Notes: generated by a model from the sequence alone, not told the origin. Counted from the stretch's first letter, positions 17,189 through 30,809 are shown. The stretch: DNA of 64,000 nt from Candidatus Epulonipiscium fishelsonii (GCA_001983455.1 LJDB01000010.1:11399-75398); one strand, 5' to 3'. Numbers and translations: made by a program.

Positions 17189-19377
17189 TTAGTTATCTTG
17201 AGTGACAACTTCAATTTTTCTATATCTATCCATTCCAGTACCTGCTGGAATAAGTTTACCAATAATAACATTTTCTTTAAGACCAATTAGTGGGTCAACT
17301 TTTCCTTTAATAGCAGCCTCGGTAAGAACTCTAGTAGTTTCTTGGAAAGAAGCAGCTGATAGGAATGATTCTGTAGCAAGAGATGCTTTAGTTATACCTA
17401 GTAAAGTATGTTTTCCTTCAGCAGGTGCCATACCTTTTTCAATCATTTCTTCATTAATTTGATCAAAATCAAGTACATCCACTAAACTTCCAGGAAGTAA
17501 ATTTGTATCTCCATTTTCTTCAATCTTAACTTTTTTAAGCATTTGACGAACAATTACTTCAATGTGCTTGTCATTTATATCAACCCCTTGAAGTCGATAT
17601 ACTCGTTGCACTTCTTGCAACATATAATCTTGAACTCCTCTAATACCTTTAATTTTAAGAATGTCATGAGGATTTATACTACCTTCTGTAAGCTCATCTC
17701 CAGCTTTAATAAAGTCTCCATCCATAACTTTAATTCTTGAACCATAAGGAATAAGATAAACTCTTGAATCATCAAGGGTATTATTTGCAATAGTAATTTC
17801 ACGTTTTTTCTTAGCTTCAGTAATAGTTACATATCCTTCAATTTCTGTTATAATTGCAAGACCTTTAGGTTTACGAGCCTCAAATAACTCTTCGATACGT
17901 GGAAGCCCTTGCGTAATATCGTCTCCTGCAATACCACCCGTATGGAATGTACGCATTGTAAGCTGTGTTCCTGGCTCACCAATGGATTGAGCTGCAATAA
18001 TTCCAACAGATTCACCTTCACGAACTTCGTTTCCAGATGACATATTTGCACCGTAACATTTTACACAAACTCCAACTTTTGATCTGCAAGATAAAGCATT
18101 TCTAATCTTAACTGTTTCAATTCCAATTCCTTCAATATATTCAGCTATTTTAGGTGAAATCATTGTATCAACTGGAACAATTACTTCCCCTGTTTCAGGA
18201 TGCACTACTGCTTCTGCTGCAAATCTTCCAGAAAGACGCTCATTCAATGGTTCAATCATTTCTGTGCCGTCTTTTACAGCTTTAACCCACATTCCAGGAA
18301 TTTCGTTTTTAGTATTGTTGTGACAACAATCTTTTTCTCTTATTATAACGTCTTGAGAAACGTCAACTAGCCTACGAGTAAGATATCCTGAGTCAGCAGT
18401 TTTTAATGCAGTATCGGCCAAACCTTTACGAGCTCCATGGGCAGAGTTAAAGAACTCTAGTACAGTAAGTCCTTCACGGAAATTTGCCTTAATTGGAAGT
18501 TCTAGTGTTTTTCCAGTTGGAGAAGACATCAGTCCCCTCATTCCAGCAAGCTGTTTAATTTGGTTATTTGAACCACGGGCACCAGAGTGTGCCATCATAT
18601 AAATGTTGTTATATTTTCCAAGTCCAGACAATAACGCTTCAGTAATTTTATCATTTGCAATGTTCCATGCTTGAATAACTTTGGTATATCGTTCGTCATC
18701 AGTCATTAGTCCACGTCTAAATAATTTTGTTACTTTATCAATGGATTGTTCTGCTTCAAGTAAATACTCACCTTTTTTAGCTGGAATAACCATATCAGAA
18801 ACAGAAACTGTCAAAGCACCACGAGTGGAATATTCAAATCCTAGGTCTTTGATATTATCTAGTAATATAGCTGTTTTAGTAGCTCCATGTTCATTTATAC
18901 ATCTTTTAATAATTTTTCCTAGCTCTTTTTTGCCCACCAAGAAGTCTATTTCATATTTTCTTGCAGGTAATTCATCGTTTTTACGTCTTTCCTCATTTTC
19001 AGCATGTTCTTTAGCTCTGTCAACAAATCCTAAATCTTGAGGAATTCTTTCATTAAATATAATTCGTCCTACGGTAATTTCTTCTCTTTTATACACTTCA
19101 CCATTAATTGTTCTACGAACTTGAATTCTAGCATGCAGTGTAATTTCTTTGTTTGCATACGCAAGCATCGCTTCCATTTCACTTTTAAAACATTTGCCTT
19201 CTCCAATTTCGCCTTCTTTGTCAAGAGTCAAGTAATATGTTCCAAGAACCATATCTTGAGAAGGAACAGCAACAGGAGCTCCATCAGACGGTTTTAGCAA
19301 GTTGTTTGGTGCTAAAAGCAAAAATCTACATTCTGCTTGTGCTTCAACAGATAAAGGTACGTGCACTGCCATTTGAT
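17189..19377 (-). CDS. rpoC: RNA polymerase beta-prime subunit, exon 2 (begins AT CAA ATG GCA GTG CAC = (D)QMAVH)
   Basis: 729 codons of conserved beta-prime sequence (trigger loop and bridge helix regions). Joining to exon 1 restores NADFDGDQMAVH in frame. Confidence 0.9.
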
Positions 19378-19460
19378 ATATGGATAGGTAACCATTTGAA
19401 ATTATCTCCAGGTTTTCCCCCCATCAGAACCGTACATGAGACTTTCATCTCATACGGCTC
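19378..19460 (-). ncRNA. Group II intron domains V and VI
   Basis: GAGCCGUAUGAGAUGAAAGUCUCAUGUACGGUUC is a 34-nt domain V with the AGC triad and a GAAA tetraloop. AUGGGGGG pairs with CCU(A)UCCAU to give domain VI with a bulged branch-point A. Confidence 0.9.
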
Positions 19461-19481
19461 GCCAACAATAATATTAACTAT

Positions 19482-21333
19482 TTATATAGTATTAATTTCT
19501 AAGCTTTCCCTAAGTTTATTGATTTTTATAATTTGTTTGTTATCTAAGTTAAGCGTTTCCATATATTCTTTAATAGTATCAATATGTGTAGCATATAGTA
19601 ATTTATGAACATTTGTTGTTACCCACATAAGATTGCTGCACTCATTTCCTCCACCTTTAATACGAGGTTTGATATGATGGCATTCCATCATATGTTTATT
19701 AAGTGGTTCTTGCGTTATAGCACATTTCCCACGTTGCCCATAAATGAGTGCTAATTTGTTGTTCAGTAAATCTACACTGTCATCCCACTTGTTACGCATT
19801 ATGAATGTAATTAAGTGGTCATAACCTTTTATACTATTGTGTGTGTATTGTCTACCATTAGGTGTGTAATTACACATATTTTGGTTAAATACTTTCACTC
19901 TTGCATATCTTACCCCGTGAACAGGGAAAAGGGTTACTGATGCAACAGTTCTAATCTTACTATGATACTTTCCGTATATGGCTAAATATGCTTTACTTTT
20001 ATTAGGTTTATTACTTAGATGATTTCTCAATCTTATATCAAAGGATTTCATAACGACATGGTTAATTTCTGCCATATCCCTAGAAACTAGACTAGGGTAG
20101 CTGATTTGTAATATTGATGTACACCTAAAATCATTGAATTAAGTTTTTGCATCTGTTTTGGTGTAGTATCTTTTTGTACCTCTTTAATTTGATTTTTGAG
20201 GTCACAAATTACATTTTTCTTAGCCTTATCTGTCATTTGAGTTCTACATGTGTATTTACGATTTTTTGATTTACCACTATCACTGTATGCTTTAAGTTTG
20301 AAACCTAGAAATTCACTATGTTTCTTTCTTAAGTTTGTGATTTATCTTGACAGAGTTCTAGGTGCAATCTCTTATGCAACCAATTAGTAGTTCGTTTGTA
20401 AACGATACTTGCTGTTTTATGGTCTTTACAAAAGATTTTAAAGTCATCTGCATATCGTACTATCCACATTTCTTTCACTTCGGAATAATTCCTGAGTGAT
20501 GCATATTTGTTTGACTGGTCTATTCTACCATCTTCTCTAACTTGCTTGTAGTCATAATCGGTTTTAAAAGTCTCCCATTGGTCACTTACCCACCAATCCA
20601 ACTCATTAAGCACTACATTAGACAATAATGGAGAGATAATACCTCCTTGTAGTGTACCTTTTGTTTGTATACCTACTCCAACAACTTCACTTTTAAGAAT
20701 TTTGCTAATAACTGTAATTAGGTTCTTATCTTGTATGCCCAGATTCCATAGTTGTTTAAGCAACTTTCCATGATTAATGTTGTCAAAGAAATCTTTAATG
20801 TCTATATCCACAACATAATGTAGTTTGCTTAAATTGACTAATGATTGGCATCTAGCTAGTGCATGGCTAGTTCCTCTGTTAGGACGAAAACCATAGCTAT
20901 GTGGGTGAAATTGTGCCTCAAGTATAGGTTCGATAACTTGCTTAATACATTGTTGTACGATTCTATCTTGTACGCATGGTATTCCTAGCGGTCTATTCTT
21001 ACCATTTGATTTAGGTATCTCAACTCTCCTCACCTTTTTAGGTCTGTAATCTCTAATAAGAGATCTTATAAATTTCACAAATCTGTCGGTCGGGAAATTG
21101 TCATAATATTTCAAAGTGACTTTATCCACTCCACATGTTTCGCTTCCTTTATTTCCTTTTAGGTTACGGTAAGCAAGTAGGATATTTCTTTCATCTTCGA
21201 TATATTTTATTAAATCGTTGAATTTGAATCCCTTTTTTGCTTTAGTGTACAATTCGTCAAATATGCTTTGCATTTCGTAGTACTCATTATTCCTTATCAA
21301 TTGTCTCTTTAGGGTTTGCCTATTCAAAGTCAA
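19482..21333 (-). pseudogene. Intron-encoded RT / maturase (domain X) / HNH protein, disrupted by two frameshifts
   Basis: Frame A 21333-20329 holds the RT domains (YADD) and a TTG start. Frame B ~20340-20087 reads TNLRKKHSEFLGFKL...GVHQYYKSATLV*. Frame C 20075-19482 holds the rest of X plus HNH (CHHIKPRIKGG...NLMWVTTNVH). Confidence 0.7.
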
Positions 21334-21811
21334 TCTACCTCCTTATACAGGATTGAGATTTCTTTTAGTCAATACGAGAACCTTTGATATATAATACTTT
21401 ATTAATATAAACATTTTTCTTAGTTAAATATTACTGTCTAAGGACTATCCCTCCACTTACATTACATAAGTATCTTTCTTAATGCGTCACTATTAAGACT
21501 TTCGGTACTGTGTCCTCGCTCAAATTGGATTAAGATGATTTCATTCTATTATAAGAACTTATACATCATATACCTTTATATCGATTACAGTTTATCTTGG
21601 TATATCCAATCTTTCCACGTTCCATTAGAACTATCTGTTCATATAGGGTTAGGTCTTGCCTATGAGCCTGTTAGCTTGATAGCACCTATAATGCTATAAG
21701 GTTTTTCATAACGGAGAGTTTTACTAAACCTCACTAACCATACTTGGTTGTATCCCTTTGCATTTCTACAAAGTCTTCGTCTAGACTCGTACATTCAGCA
21801 ATTCGCCAGTT

Positions 21812-21856
21812 GCTTATTCGTGATAACGGATTTAGTCACGTTGTTTCTAAATCTGT
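21812..21856. repeat. Copy of the dispersed hairpin element inside the intron 5' region
   Basis: GCTTATTCGTGATA + ACGGATTTAG / TCACGTTGTTT / CTAAATCTGT. The first 23 nt are 22/23 identical to 40358-40380. Confidence 0.85.
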
Positions 21857-22129
21857 TATTTGCAACATTCTAACCATACCTATTTTATAGACTTCCAGCC
21901 TATCATATGCAACCACGGACTAGATGATTTTTCGTTTATTACTTAATTTACGGCATATTTTAGCTGTCTTCACCGAGCTTCAGACCCTTTCATTCAACTG
22001 TGAATTACTTTCGCCTGTCGGAGTATTAAAGGGAGCATTTCCGAGCGTTACTTCTTCATTCTACTCTCTCGTTCTAACAGTTGTAAACTCTTTTAACGAC
22101 TGAGTTTACAGGTATCTTTTCAATACCTA

Positions 22130-23542
<1,413 letters not shown>

Positions 23543-26500
23543 TTATATTTCTGTATCTCCTTCTAAAAATTCACTCTCTTCATAATCATCATCAGGAAAA
23601 TCTTCTTCTTCAAAATCCTCTGGGAATTCTTCTTCTTCCTCTTCAAATTCTGCGATACTCTCTTCATCTAGTGTAACTTCGTGGTATCCCTCTCCCTCGG
23701 TATACTCATTACTTCCAACCATGTCGTTCATATCATCCATGCTTACTGCTATTCCTGTGCCGTCTTCAATAGTTTCTCTTATTTCAATTTCTTCATCTTC
23801 GGTCATAACTCTAATATCTAAGCCTAGTGATTGCAACTCTTTCAATAAAACTTTAAAAGACTCTGGAATTCCTGGTTCAGGAATATTTTCTCCCTTAACA
23901 ATTGCCTCATATGTTTTTACACGGCCAACAACATCATCTGATTTAATAGTTAAAATCTCTTGCAAAGTATAAGCCGCCCCATATGCTTCAAGAGCCCAAA
24001 CTTCCATTTCTCCAAATCTTTGCCCACCAAATTGAGCTTTTCCTCCAAGAGGTTGTTGAGTAATTGTAGCATATGGGCCAGTTGAACGAGCATGCATTTT
24101 ATCGTCAACTAAATGGTGCAATTTCAAGTAGTGCATATATCCAACTGTTACAGGATTATCAAAAAACTCACCGCTTCTTCCATCTCTTAGATGTATAGTT
24201 CCTGTTCTATCCAATGGAACCCCTTCCCATTCTGCTCTATGGTCAAGATTGTCTTCAAGATATTCCAAAGCATCAGGTTTAAGTTTATCTGTCCATTTTT
24301 CTTTAAAGTCTTCCCAATCATTGTTAACATAATCATTTGCCATCTCTAGGGTTTGCATTATATCACGTTCATTTGCTCCATCAAACACTGGTGTTGCAAC
24401 TTTAAATCCTAAAGCTTTTGCTGCAAGTCCCAAATGGACTTCCAAAACCTGCCCAATATTCATACGAGAAGGAACACCTAGTGGATTAAGAACGATATCT
24501 AGTGGTCTACCATTTGGTAAAAACGGCATATCTTCTTCAGGTAATACTCTAGAAATAACCCCTTTGTTTCCATGACGGCCTGCCATCTTGTCTCCAACAG
24601 AGATTTTTCTTTTTTGAGCGATATAACAACGTACCATTCTATTAACTCCAGGTGAAAGCTCATCACCATTTTCTCTAGTAAATACTTTAATATCCACTAT
24701 AATTCCAGCCTCACCATGTGGAACTCGTAATGAAGTATCCCGCACTTCTCTAACCTTTTCACCAAATATTGCTCTAAGCAAGCGTTCTTCTGCTGTAAGT
24801 TCTGTTTCTCCTTTTGGCGTAACTCTTCCAACCAAAATGTCTCCAGCACGAACTTCTGCTCCAATACGAATAATTCCTCTTTCGTCCAAATCTCTTAGTG
24901 CATCGTCACCAACATTTGGGATATCTCTAGTAATTTCTTCTGGACCAACTTTTGTATCTCTAGATTCAACTTCATATTCTTCAATATGAACAGAAGTGTA
25001 AATATCTTCTCTTACTAGTCTTTCACTCAAAAGAATTGCATCCTCAAAGTTATATCCTTCCCAAGTCATAAAGCCAATTAAAGGATTTTGTCCTAGTGCC
25101 AATTCTCCATTATCAGTGGATGGACCATCTGCCAATATTTCTCCAGCCTTTACAAAATCACCTTTTGATACTAATGGTCGCTGATTTATACATGTTCCTT
25201 GGTTACTTCTAGTAAATTTTGTTAGTTTATAAGAATCTTTATGACCAGTTTCCGTTTTGACTATAATTTCTTTTGAAGTAACTTTTTCAATAATACCTTC
25301 ATTCTTAGAAATTATTAAAACTCCAGAATCCATAGCTGCCTTTGATTCCATACCAGTACCAACAATTGGACTATTTGTACGAATTAGTGGCACTGCCTGA
25401 CGTTGCATGTTTGCTCCCATAAGTGCACGGTTAGCATCATCGTTTTCCAAGAAAGGTATCATTGCTGTTGCAACAGATACAATTTGCTTTGAAGAAATAT
25501 CCATGTGGTCAATTTGTGTATAATCAAATTCTAAAATGTCTTCTTTTCGTCTTGCTGTTACTTTTTTATTTACAAACTCTCTATTTTCATTTAAAGGTTC
25601 TGTAGCTTGACAAATTGTATAGTTTTCTTCTTCATCAGCTGTTATATATCTGAATTCATCTGTAACTTTCATTACAATTTGGCCATCTGCATTAACTTCT
25701 TTTTTTACAACTCTATATGGTGCTTCAATAAATCCATACTCGTTTATACGAGCAAAAGTTGCTAGTGAATTTATTAACCCGATGTTTGGACCTTCAGGTG
25801 TTTCAATTGGACACATTCTACCATAATGTGAATAGTGAACGTCACGCACTTCAAATCCTGCACGTTCTCTTGAAAGACCACCAGGTCCTAAAGCTGATAA
25901 TCTTCTTTTATGAGTAAGTTCCGCTAGTGGATTGTTTTGATCCATAAATTGAGAAAGCTGAGAACTACCAAAGAATTCCTTTATAGCAGCAGTAACAGGT
26001 CTAATATTAATAAAAGTTTGTGGACTTATTGTATCTGCGTCTTGTGTTGCCATACGTTCACGTACAACTCTTTCCATCCTTGAAAGCCCTATTCTAAACT
26101 GGTTTTGCAACAATTCTCCAACTGCACGAATACGACGATTTCCTAGGTGGTCAATATCATCTTTGTTTCCCATGCTATAGGTTAAATGAATATTATAATT
26201 GATTGAAGCAAAAATATCTTCTTTAGTAATATGCTTTGGTATAAGGTCGTTAATTCTAAGTTTAAGTTGCTCAATTATTTCTTCAGGTTCATCATAATTC
26301 TCTATAATCTCTTCAAGTACTGGGAAATAAACATTATCTTTAATTCCTAATTCTTCGGGTGTCACACCTAACGTATCAAATTCTAACACTTTTGTTATAT
26401 CTACCATTTTATTAGTAAGTATTTTTACTGGTCGTTCTATGTCTTCAACCATTAACAATACATAATCTGTCCCAGTGTTTTGAATAGCATTGGCAATTTC

Positions 26501-27451
26501 AGGGGTAATCTTATCTCCTTCGTTAGCTTCAATTTCCCCAGTTACAAGATTTACAACATCTTCAGCCAATTCAAATCCAACTATCCTATTTCTAAGAGCT
26601 AATTTTTTATTAAACTTATATCTTCCAACTTTTGCAAGGTCATATCTTCTTGGATCAAAAAACATATTATTTAAAAGATTTTCTGCACTTTCTACTGTAG
26701 GTGGCTCCCCTGGTCTAATTCTTTTATAAATCTCTAAGAGTCCTTCTTCATAATTATTGGTTCCATCCTTTTCAATTGTCTCTAATATTTTAGGCTCTTC
26801 ACCAAACATTTCTATTATTTCTGCGTCCGAACCAACTCCCATCGCTCTTAATAAAACAGTAACAGGAACTTTACGTGTTCTATCCACTCTAACAGAAAAA
26901 ATATCATTTGAGTCTGTTTCATATTCCAACCAAGCTCCACGATTTGGAATAACAGTAGCTGAAAATAATCTCTTTCCCACTTTGTCAAATTCACTGCTGT
27001 AATAAATTCCTGGAGATCTTACAAGCTGACTTACCACAACACGTTCGGCTCCATTAATAATAAATGTACCGGTTTCTGTCATAAGAGGGAACTCTCCCAT
27101 AAATACATCATTATCAATAATTTCTCCAGTTTCTTTATTATGCAATCTTGCTTTCACCTTTAAAGCTGTTGCATAATTGGCGTCTTTTTCCCTAGCTTCC
27201 TCAATAGTATATTTTGGCTTTGTGTCTAGAGAAAAATCCATAAATTCTAATCTTAGTTTCCCATTAAAATCAGTAATAGGAGAAATATCTTGAAATACTT
27301 CTTTTAAACCTTCCTCTAAAAACCACTTATAAGAGTCTTTTTGAACTTCAATTAAGTTTGGTATTTCAAATATTTCATCGTTCATAGCATAACTCATACG
27401 GACTTGTCTACCCGATTGAATTGGACTAATTTTAGATTTTTGCATATGCAT
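23543..27451 (-). CDS. rpoB: RNA polymerase beta subunit
   Basis: Conserved throughout ([13 protein letters not shown] ... [20 protein letters not shown]). Start placed at ATG 27451 or 27445 behind AAGGGGTGA rather than the TTG at 27466. Carries a long acidic C-terminal tail. Confidence 0.9.
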   Translation of the reverse strand: MHMQKSKISPIQSGRQVRMSYAMNDEIFEIPNLIEVQKDSYKWFLEEGLKEVFQDISPITDFNGKLRLEFMDFSLDTKPKYTIEEAREKDANYATALKVKARLHNKETGEIIDNDVFMGEFPLMTETGTFIINGAERVVVSQLVRSPGIYYSSEFDKVGKRLFSATVIPNRGAWLEYETDSNDIFSVRVDRTRKVPVTVLLRAMGVGSDAEIIEMFGEEPKILETIEKDGTNNYEEGLLEIYKRIRPGEPPTVESAENLLNNMFFDPRRYDLAKVGRYKFNKKLALRNRIVGFELAEDVVNLVTGEIEANEGDKITPEIANAIQNTGTDYVLLMVEDIERPVKILTNKMVDITKVLEFDTLGVTPEELGIKDNVYFPVLEEIIENYDEPEEIIEQLKLRINDLIPKHITKEDIFASINYNIHLTYSMGNKDDIDHLGNRRIRAVGELLQNQFRIGLSRMERVVRERMATQDADTISPQTFINIRPVTAAIKEFFGSSQLSQFMDQNNPLAELTHKRRLSALGPGGLSRERAGFEVRDVHYSHYGRMCPIETPEGPNIGLINSLATFARINEYGFIEAPYRVVKKEVNADGQIVMKVTDEFRYITADEEENYTICQATEPLNENREFVNKKVTARRKEDILEFDYTQIDHMDISSKQIVSVATAMIPFLENDDANRALMGANMQRQAVPLIRTNSPIVGTGMESKAAMDSGVLIISKNEGIIEKVTSKEIIVKTETGHKDSYKLTKFTRSNQGTCINQRPLVSKGDFVKAGEILADGPSTDNGELALGQNPLIGFMTWEGYNFEDAILLSERLVREDIYTSVHIEEYEVESRDTKVGPEEITRDIPNVGDDALRDLDERGIIRIGAEVRAGDILVGRVTPKGETELTAEERLLRAIFGEKVREVRDTSLRVPHGEAGIIVDIKVFTRENGDELSPGVNRMVRCYIAQKRKISVGDKMAGRHGNKGVISRVLPEEDMPFLPNGRPLDIVLNPLGVPSRMNIGQVLEVHLGLAAKALGFKVATPVFDGANERDIMQTLEMANDYVNNDWEDFKEKWTDKLKPDALEYLEDNLDHRAEWEGVPLDRTGTIHLRDGRSGEFFDNPVTVGYMHYLKLHHLVDDKMHARSTGPYATITQQPLGGKAQFGGQRFGEMEVWALEAYGAAYTLQEILTIKSDDVVGRVKTYEAIVKGENIPEPGIPESFKVLLKELQSLGLDIRVMTEDEEIEIRETIEDGTGIAVSMDDMNDMVGSNEYTEGEGYHEVTLDEESIAEFEEEEEEFPEDFEEEDFPDDDYEESEFLEGDTEI

Positions 27452-27800
27452 ATTCACCCCTTGCAAATTTAGTAAAATACTTTAATAAATTAGATATTAG
27501 CTTCTAATTTATGTATTTCAATATGATGAAATACATTTATAGCTTTATACTTCATCATTTAATATAATGAACAAGAGGCTAAAGCTCTCCCATTCACCAT
27601 CCATTTTAAAAACTTTAAATATTAGGTTGCAATATTTTTTATCATATGTTAAAATACATGTGTAGCTTGTACAAGGCAAAGAAGGTAGGTCTATCTTTTT
27701 TGTCTTGTATTTATGTGCCATAATATAATTACACATTTTTTAATGCTATCAGAAAAACATATAATCGTCAACCTATTTTTTTGACAAATTGATTTGATAA

Positions 27801-27838
27801 AAAAAAGTGAGCTACATTTAAAAGTATCTCACTTTTTT
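27801..27838 (-). terminator. Hairpin in the rplL-rpoB spacer (attenuator-type terminator)
   Basis: AAAAAAGTGAG / CTCACTTTTTT stems with a 16-nt loop, flanked by A/T runs. Lies ~40 nt after the rplL stop. Confidence 0.5.
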
Positions 27839-27879
27839 AATTTTTTAAAACACTTAAACAAATTATTCATTACAATTAA

Positions 27880-28254
27880 TTATTTTAGAGTTACTTTTGC
27901 TCCAACTGCTTCAAATTTAGCTTTTATTGCTTCTGCATCTTCTTTGCTTAAACCTTCTTTAACAACTTTTGGTGCACCTTCTGCAACTTCTTTAGCTTCT
28001 TTTAATCCAAGTCCAGTTATTTCACGAATAACTTTAATAACTTTAATTTTTTCTGCACCAGTGGCAGTTAATTCAACGTCGAATTCAGTTTTTTCTTCAA
28101 CTGCTGCAACTGGTCCTGCAACCATAACACCTGCCGCTGCTGAAACTCCAAATTCTTCTTCACATGCTGTTACAAGTTCGTTTAGTTCTAATATTGTTAA
28201 TTCTTTTACTGCATCAATTATTTCTTTAATTGATAATTTTGCCATTATAAGCAC
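27880..28254 (-). CDS. rplL: 50S ribosomal protein L7/L12
   Basis: 124 aa. Ala/Glu-rich hinge and a C-terminal domain ending GAKVTLK. Confidence 0.95.
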   Translation of the reverse strand: MLIMAKLSIKEIIDAVKELTILELNELVTACEEEFGVSAAAGVMVAGPVAAVEEKTEFDVELTATGAEKIKVIKVIREITGLGLKEAKEVAEGAPKVVKEGLSKEDAEAIKAKFEAVGAKVTLK

Positions 28255-28274
28255 CTCCGAATATATTTAAAAAT

Positions 28275-28769
28275 TTAGTTTTTATCTTCTTCACTATTTG
28301 CAATTTCTTTAATAACTCTTGCAAAGCTTGAAATTGGTGATTTGAAACTTCCAAGCAATCTTCCAAGCAACTCTTCTATTGGAGCAATATTACCAATTGC
28401 TTCAATTCCTTTTGAATCATAGTAAGTTCCTTCAACAATCCCTGCTTTAAATTCAAGCTTGTCATTCTTTTTAGCAGCTTCAGCTAAAACTCTTGGGCCA
28501 GCCGTTGCGTCCGCATAGCTTATTGCTACAGCTGTTGGTCCTTCAAGATGCTTTGAAATCTGCTCAAATTCCGTACCTTTTACAGCAAAGTTTAACATAG
28601 TATTTTTATATACTTTGTACTCTACTCCAAGCTCACGGAAAGATTTTCTCATTTGGGTATCTTGTTCTACATTAATTCCCCTATAGTTAACTAATGCAAT
28701 TGAAGATGCTCCTTCAAGTTTACTTTTTATTTCATCAATAATAGTTTGTTTTTCTTCAATTTTTGGCAT
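28275..28769 (-). CDS. rplJ: 50S ribosomal protein L10
   Basis: 164 aa. Conserved position before rplL and a typical L10 N-terminus. Confidence 0.95.
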   Translation of the reverse strand: MPKIEEKQTIIDEIKSKLEGASSIALVNYRGINVEQDTQMRKSFRELGVEYKVYKNTMLNFAVKGTEFEQISKHLEGPTAVAISYADATAGPRVLAEAAKKNDKLEFKAGIVEGTYYDSKGIEAIGNIAPIEELLGRLLGSFKSPISSFARVIKEIANSEEDKN

Positions 28770-28975
28770 TTTTACACCTCCTTAAACTTGTATGGGCAAG
28801 TGTAAATTACGGTTTGCCCATGGTGTTTTACATTAAACATAAAATACCACTTTGCTGTTCTTTCCGCAGGCAAAGTGGTAATACATCCATCCATTCTAAT
28901 AGCCCTCGGTAGGTTGTATACGTTATGCGAAATTCGCACCTACTGTCTGCGGTACAGTATATTTATATTAAATGC
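28770..28975 (-). promoter_or_regulatory. Structured 5' leader of rplJ (L10-leader-type autoregulatory RNA candidate)
   Basis: ~200-nt untranslated leader between the promoter and rplJ, with several GC-rich complementary segments (e.g. GGGCAAACC / GCTTGCCC-type pairs, CACTTTGCCTGCGG). Position matches the L10 leaders of Firmicutes. Confidence 0.5.
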
Positions 28976-29004
28976 ATATTAACATTTTTGTTGTAACTTG
29001 TCAA
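28976..29004 (-). promoter_or_regulatory. Sigma-A promoter for rplJ-rplL
   Basis: TTGACA (28999-29004 complement), 17-nt spacer, TAATAT (28976-28981 complement). Confidence 0.6.
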
Positions 29005-29010
29005 GTTTTC

Positions 29011-29703
29011 TTACACTAATCTTGCAGGATTTATTTTAATTCCTGGGCCCATTGTCGAAGAAATAGCTACGCTTTTTAAATATTGACCTTTTGCAGCAGC
29101 TGGTTTTGCTTTTATAATTGCTGACATTAAAGTGCTAAAATTTTCTTTTAATTTTTCATCTCCAAAAGATACTTTTCCAATTGGAACATGAATAATATTT
29201 GTTTTATCAAGACGATATTCAATTTTACCAGCTTTAATTTCATTTACTGCTTTTGTTACATCCATTGTAACTGTTCCAGCTTTAGGGTTTGGCATTAATC
29301 CTTTTGGTCCAAGCACACGTCCAAGTCGTCCAACAACTCCCATCATGTCTGGTGTTGCAACAACAACGTCAAAGTCAAGCCATCCTTCATTTTGAATTTT
29401 TGGTATCAAATCTTCAGCTCCAACAAATTCAGCTCCAGCAGCTTTGGCTTCGTCAGCTTTTACTCCTTTTGCAAATACAAGAACCCTTACACTTTTACCG
29501 GTACCATGTGGAAGAACAACTGCTCCACGTACTTGTTGATCAGCATGACGACTGTCTACACCCAATTTAACATGTGCTTCAACTGTTTCGTCAAATTTTG
29601 CTATTGCTGTTTTTCCTACAAGCCCAAAAGCATCTATTACTTCGTAAAGATTATTACGGTCAATTTGTTTTGCAGCTTCAATATATTTTTTTCCTCTTTT
29701 CAT
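29011..29703 (-). CDS. rplA: 50S ribosomal protein L1
   Basis: Start moved to ATG 29703 ([10 protein letters not shown]) behind AAGGAGG. Conserved L1 sequence. Confidence 0.95.
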   Translation of the reverse strand: MKRGKKYIEAAKQIDRNNLYEVIDAFGLVGKTAIAKFDETVEAHVKLGVDSRHADQQVRGAVVLPHGTGKSVRVLVFAKGVKADEAKAAGAEFVGAEDLIPKIQNEGWLDFDVVVATPDMMGVVGRLGRVLGPKGLMPNPKAGTVTMDVTKAVNEIKAGKIEYRLDKTNIIHVPIGKVSFGDEKLKENFSTLMSAIIKAKPAAAKGQYLKSVAISSTMGPGIKINPARLV

Positions 29704-29770
29704 TTCTTTACCTCCTTGTGGTAATATCGGGGTTAATACCCTCCCACGCATTAAATATGCGATATATTTT
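29704..29770 (-). promoter_or_regulatory. L1-binding-site-like leader motif before rplA
   Basis: AUGCGUGGGAGGGUAUUAACCCCGAUAUUACCACA lies directly before the SD. It is paralogous to the motif before rplK. Confidence 0.4.
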
Positions 29771-29773
29771 AAA

Positions 29774-30199
29774 TTAGTCTTTTATTACTATTCCCATTGA
29801 ACGAGCAGTTCCGCTAATCATACTAATTGCTGCCTCAAGACTTCCTGCATTTAAATCAGGCATTTTTAATTCTGCAATTTTTTGAATTTCTGATTTTGGT
29901 AAAGTTGCAACTTTAGTTTTATTTGGTACAGCTGAACCTGATTGAAGATTTGCAGCTTTTTTTAATAAAACAGCAGCTGGTGGAGTTTTTGTAATGAAAG
30001 AAAAGCTTCTATCTTGATATATTGTTATAACAACAGGGATAATAAGCCCAACTTCTTTTGATGTTCTTTCATTAAACTCTTTTGTAAACTGTACTATATT
30101 TACACCATGTTGCCCCAATGCTGGTCCAACTGGTGGTGCTGGTGTTGCTTTTCCAGCTGGAATTTGTAATTTAACCATTCCTGTAACTTTTTTTGCCAT
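29774..30199 (-). CDS. rplK: 50S ribosomal protein L11
   Basis: 141 aa. Motif [19 protein letters not shown]. Confidence 0.95.
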   Translation of the reverse strand: MAKKVTGMVKLQIPAGKATPAPPVGPALGQHGVNIVQFTKEFNERTSKEVGLIIPVVITIYQDRSFSFITKTPPAAVLLKKAANLQSGSAVPNKTKVATLPKSEIQKIAELKMPDLNAGSLEAAISMISGTARSMGIVIKD

Positions 30200-30265
30200 A
30201 ATGGCACCTCCTAAAATGTGGTATTTGCGGGGAATTCCCTCCCACTCGCATACTTAATATTAACT
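30200..30265 (-). promoter_or_regulatory. L1-binding-site-like leader motif before rplK
   Basis: AUGCGAGUGGGAGGGAAUUCCCCGCAAAUACCACA lies directly before the SD AGGAGG. Confidence 0.45.
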
Positions 30266-30275
30266 AAATTTTTTT

Positions 30276-30794
30276 CTAAATAACCCTTTTAACTTGATCA
30301 ACTCTTAGTGTAACTGGGAAATCTCTTCCAAATCCATTAAGTGATACGGTTATTGTTTCTTTATCATCACTGATTTCTTTAACAGTTCCTTCAGATCCAG
30401 CAAACGCACCATCTAACAACTCTACTAAATCGCCAATTTCAAAGCTTGGCCTAAGTTGAGATATGTCCATTCCCATTTCTTGAATTTCTTCTAAAGATAA
30501 AGGTACAGGCTTAGAATCAGGGCCCACAAAACCTGTAACTCCTCTTGTGTTACGCACTACATACCAAGCGTCATCTGTTATTATCATCTTTATAAGCACA
30601 TATCCAGGGAATGTTTTTCGCTGTACTGTTTTTGCAACTCCATTTTTCTCTTCAACTTCATTTTGCATAAGAACTTTAACATCATGGATTAATTCTTGCA
30701 TGTTGCGATTTTTAATCGCTTTTTCAATATTCATTTTTACTTTGTTTTCATATCCAGAGTATGTGTGAACCACATACCATTTTGCTTCTTCCAT
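30276..30794 (-). CDS. nusG: Transcription termination/antitermination factor NusG
   Basis: 172 aa. WYVVHTYSGYENKV N-terminus and a KOW region. Confidence 0.95.
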   Translation of the reverse strand: MEEAKWYVVHTYSGYENKVKMNIEKAIKNRNMQELIHDVKVLMQNEVEEKNGVAKTVQRKTFPGYVLIKMIITDDAWYVVRNTRGVTGFVGPDSKPVPLSLEEIQEMGMDISQLRPSFEIGDLVELLDGAFAGSEGTVKEISDDKETITVSLNGFGRDFPVTLRVDQVKRVI

Positions 30795-30809
30795 TTAAAA
30801 GTTCCCCCA

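Noticed and set aside
19482-21333. Reverse transcriptase as part of a retron, DGR or Abi-type defence system
   Set aside because: The RT is followed by maturase (X) and HNH regions and is embedded between group II ribozyme domains. No msr/msd-like repeats, template/variable repeat pair or effector gene is present.
27545-27736. 63-aa ORF in the rplL-rpoB spacer
   Set aside because: It has no RBS and an odd composition, and it lies in the known long untranslated leader/attenuator region between rplL and rpoB.
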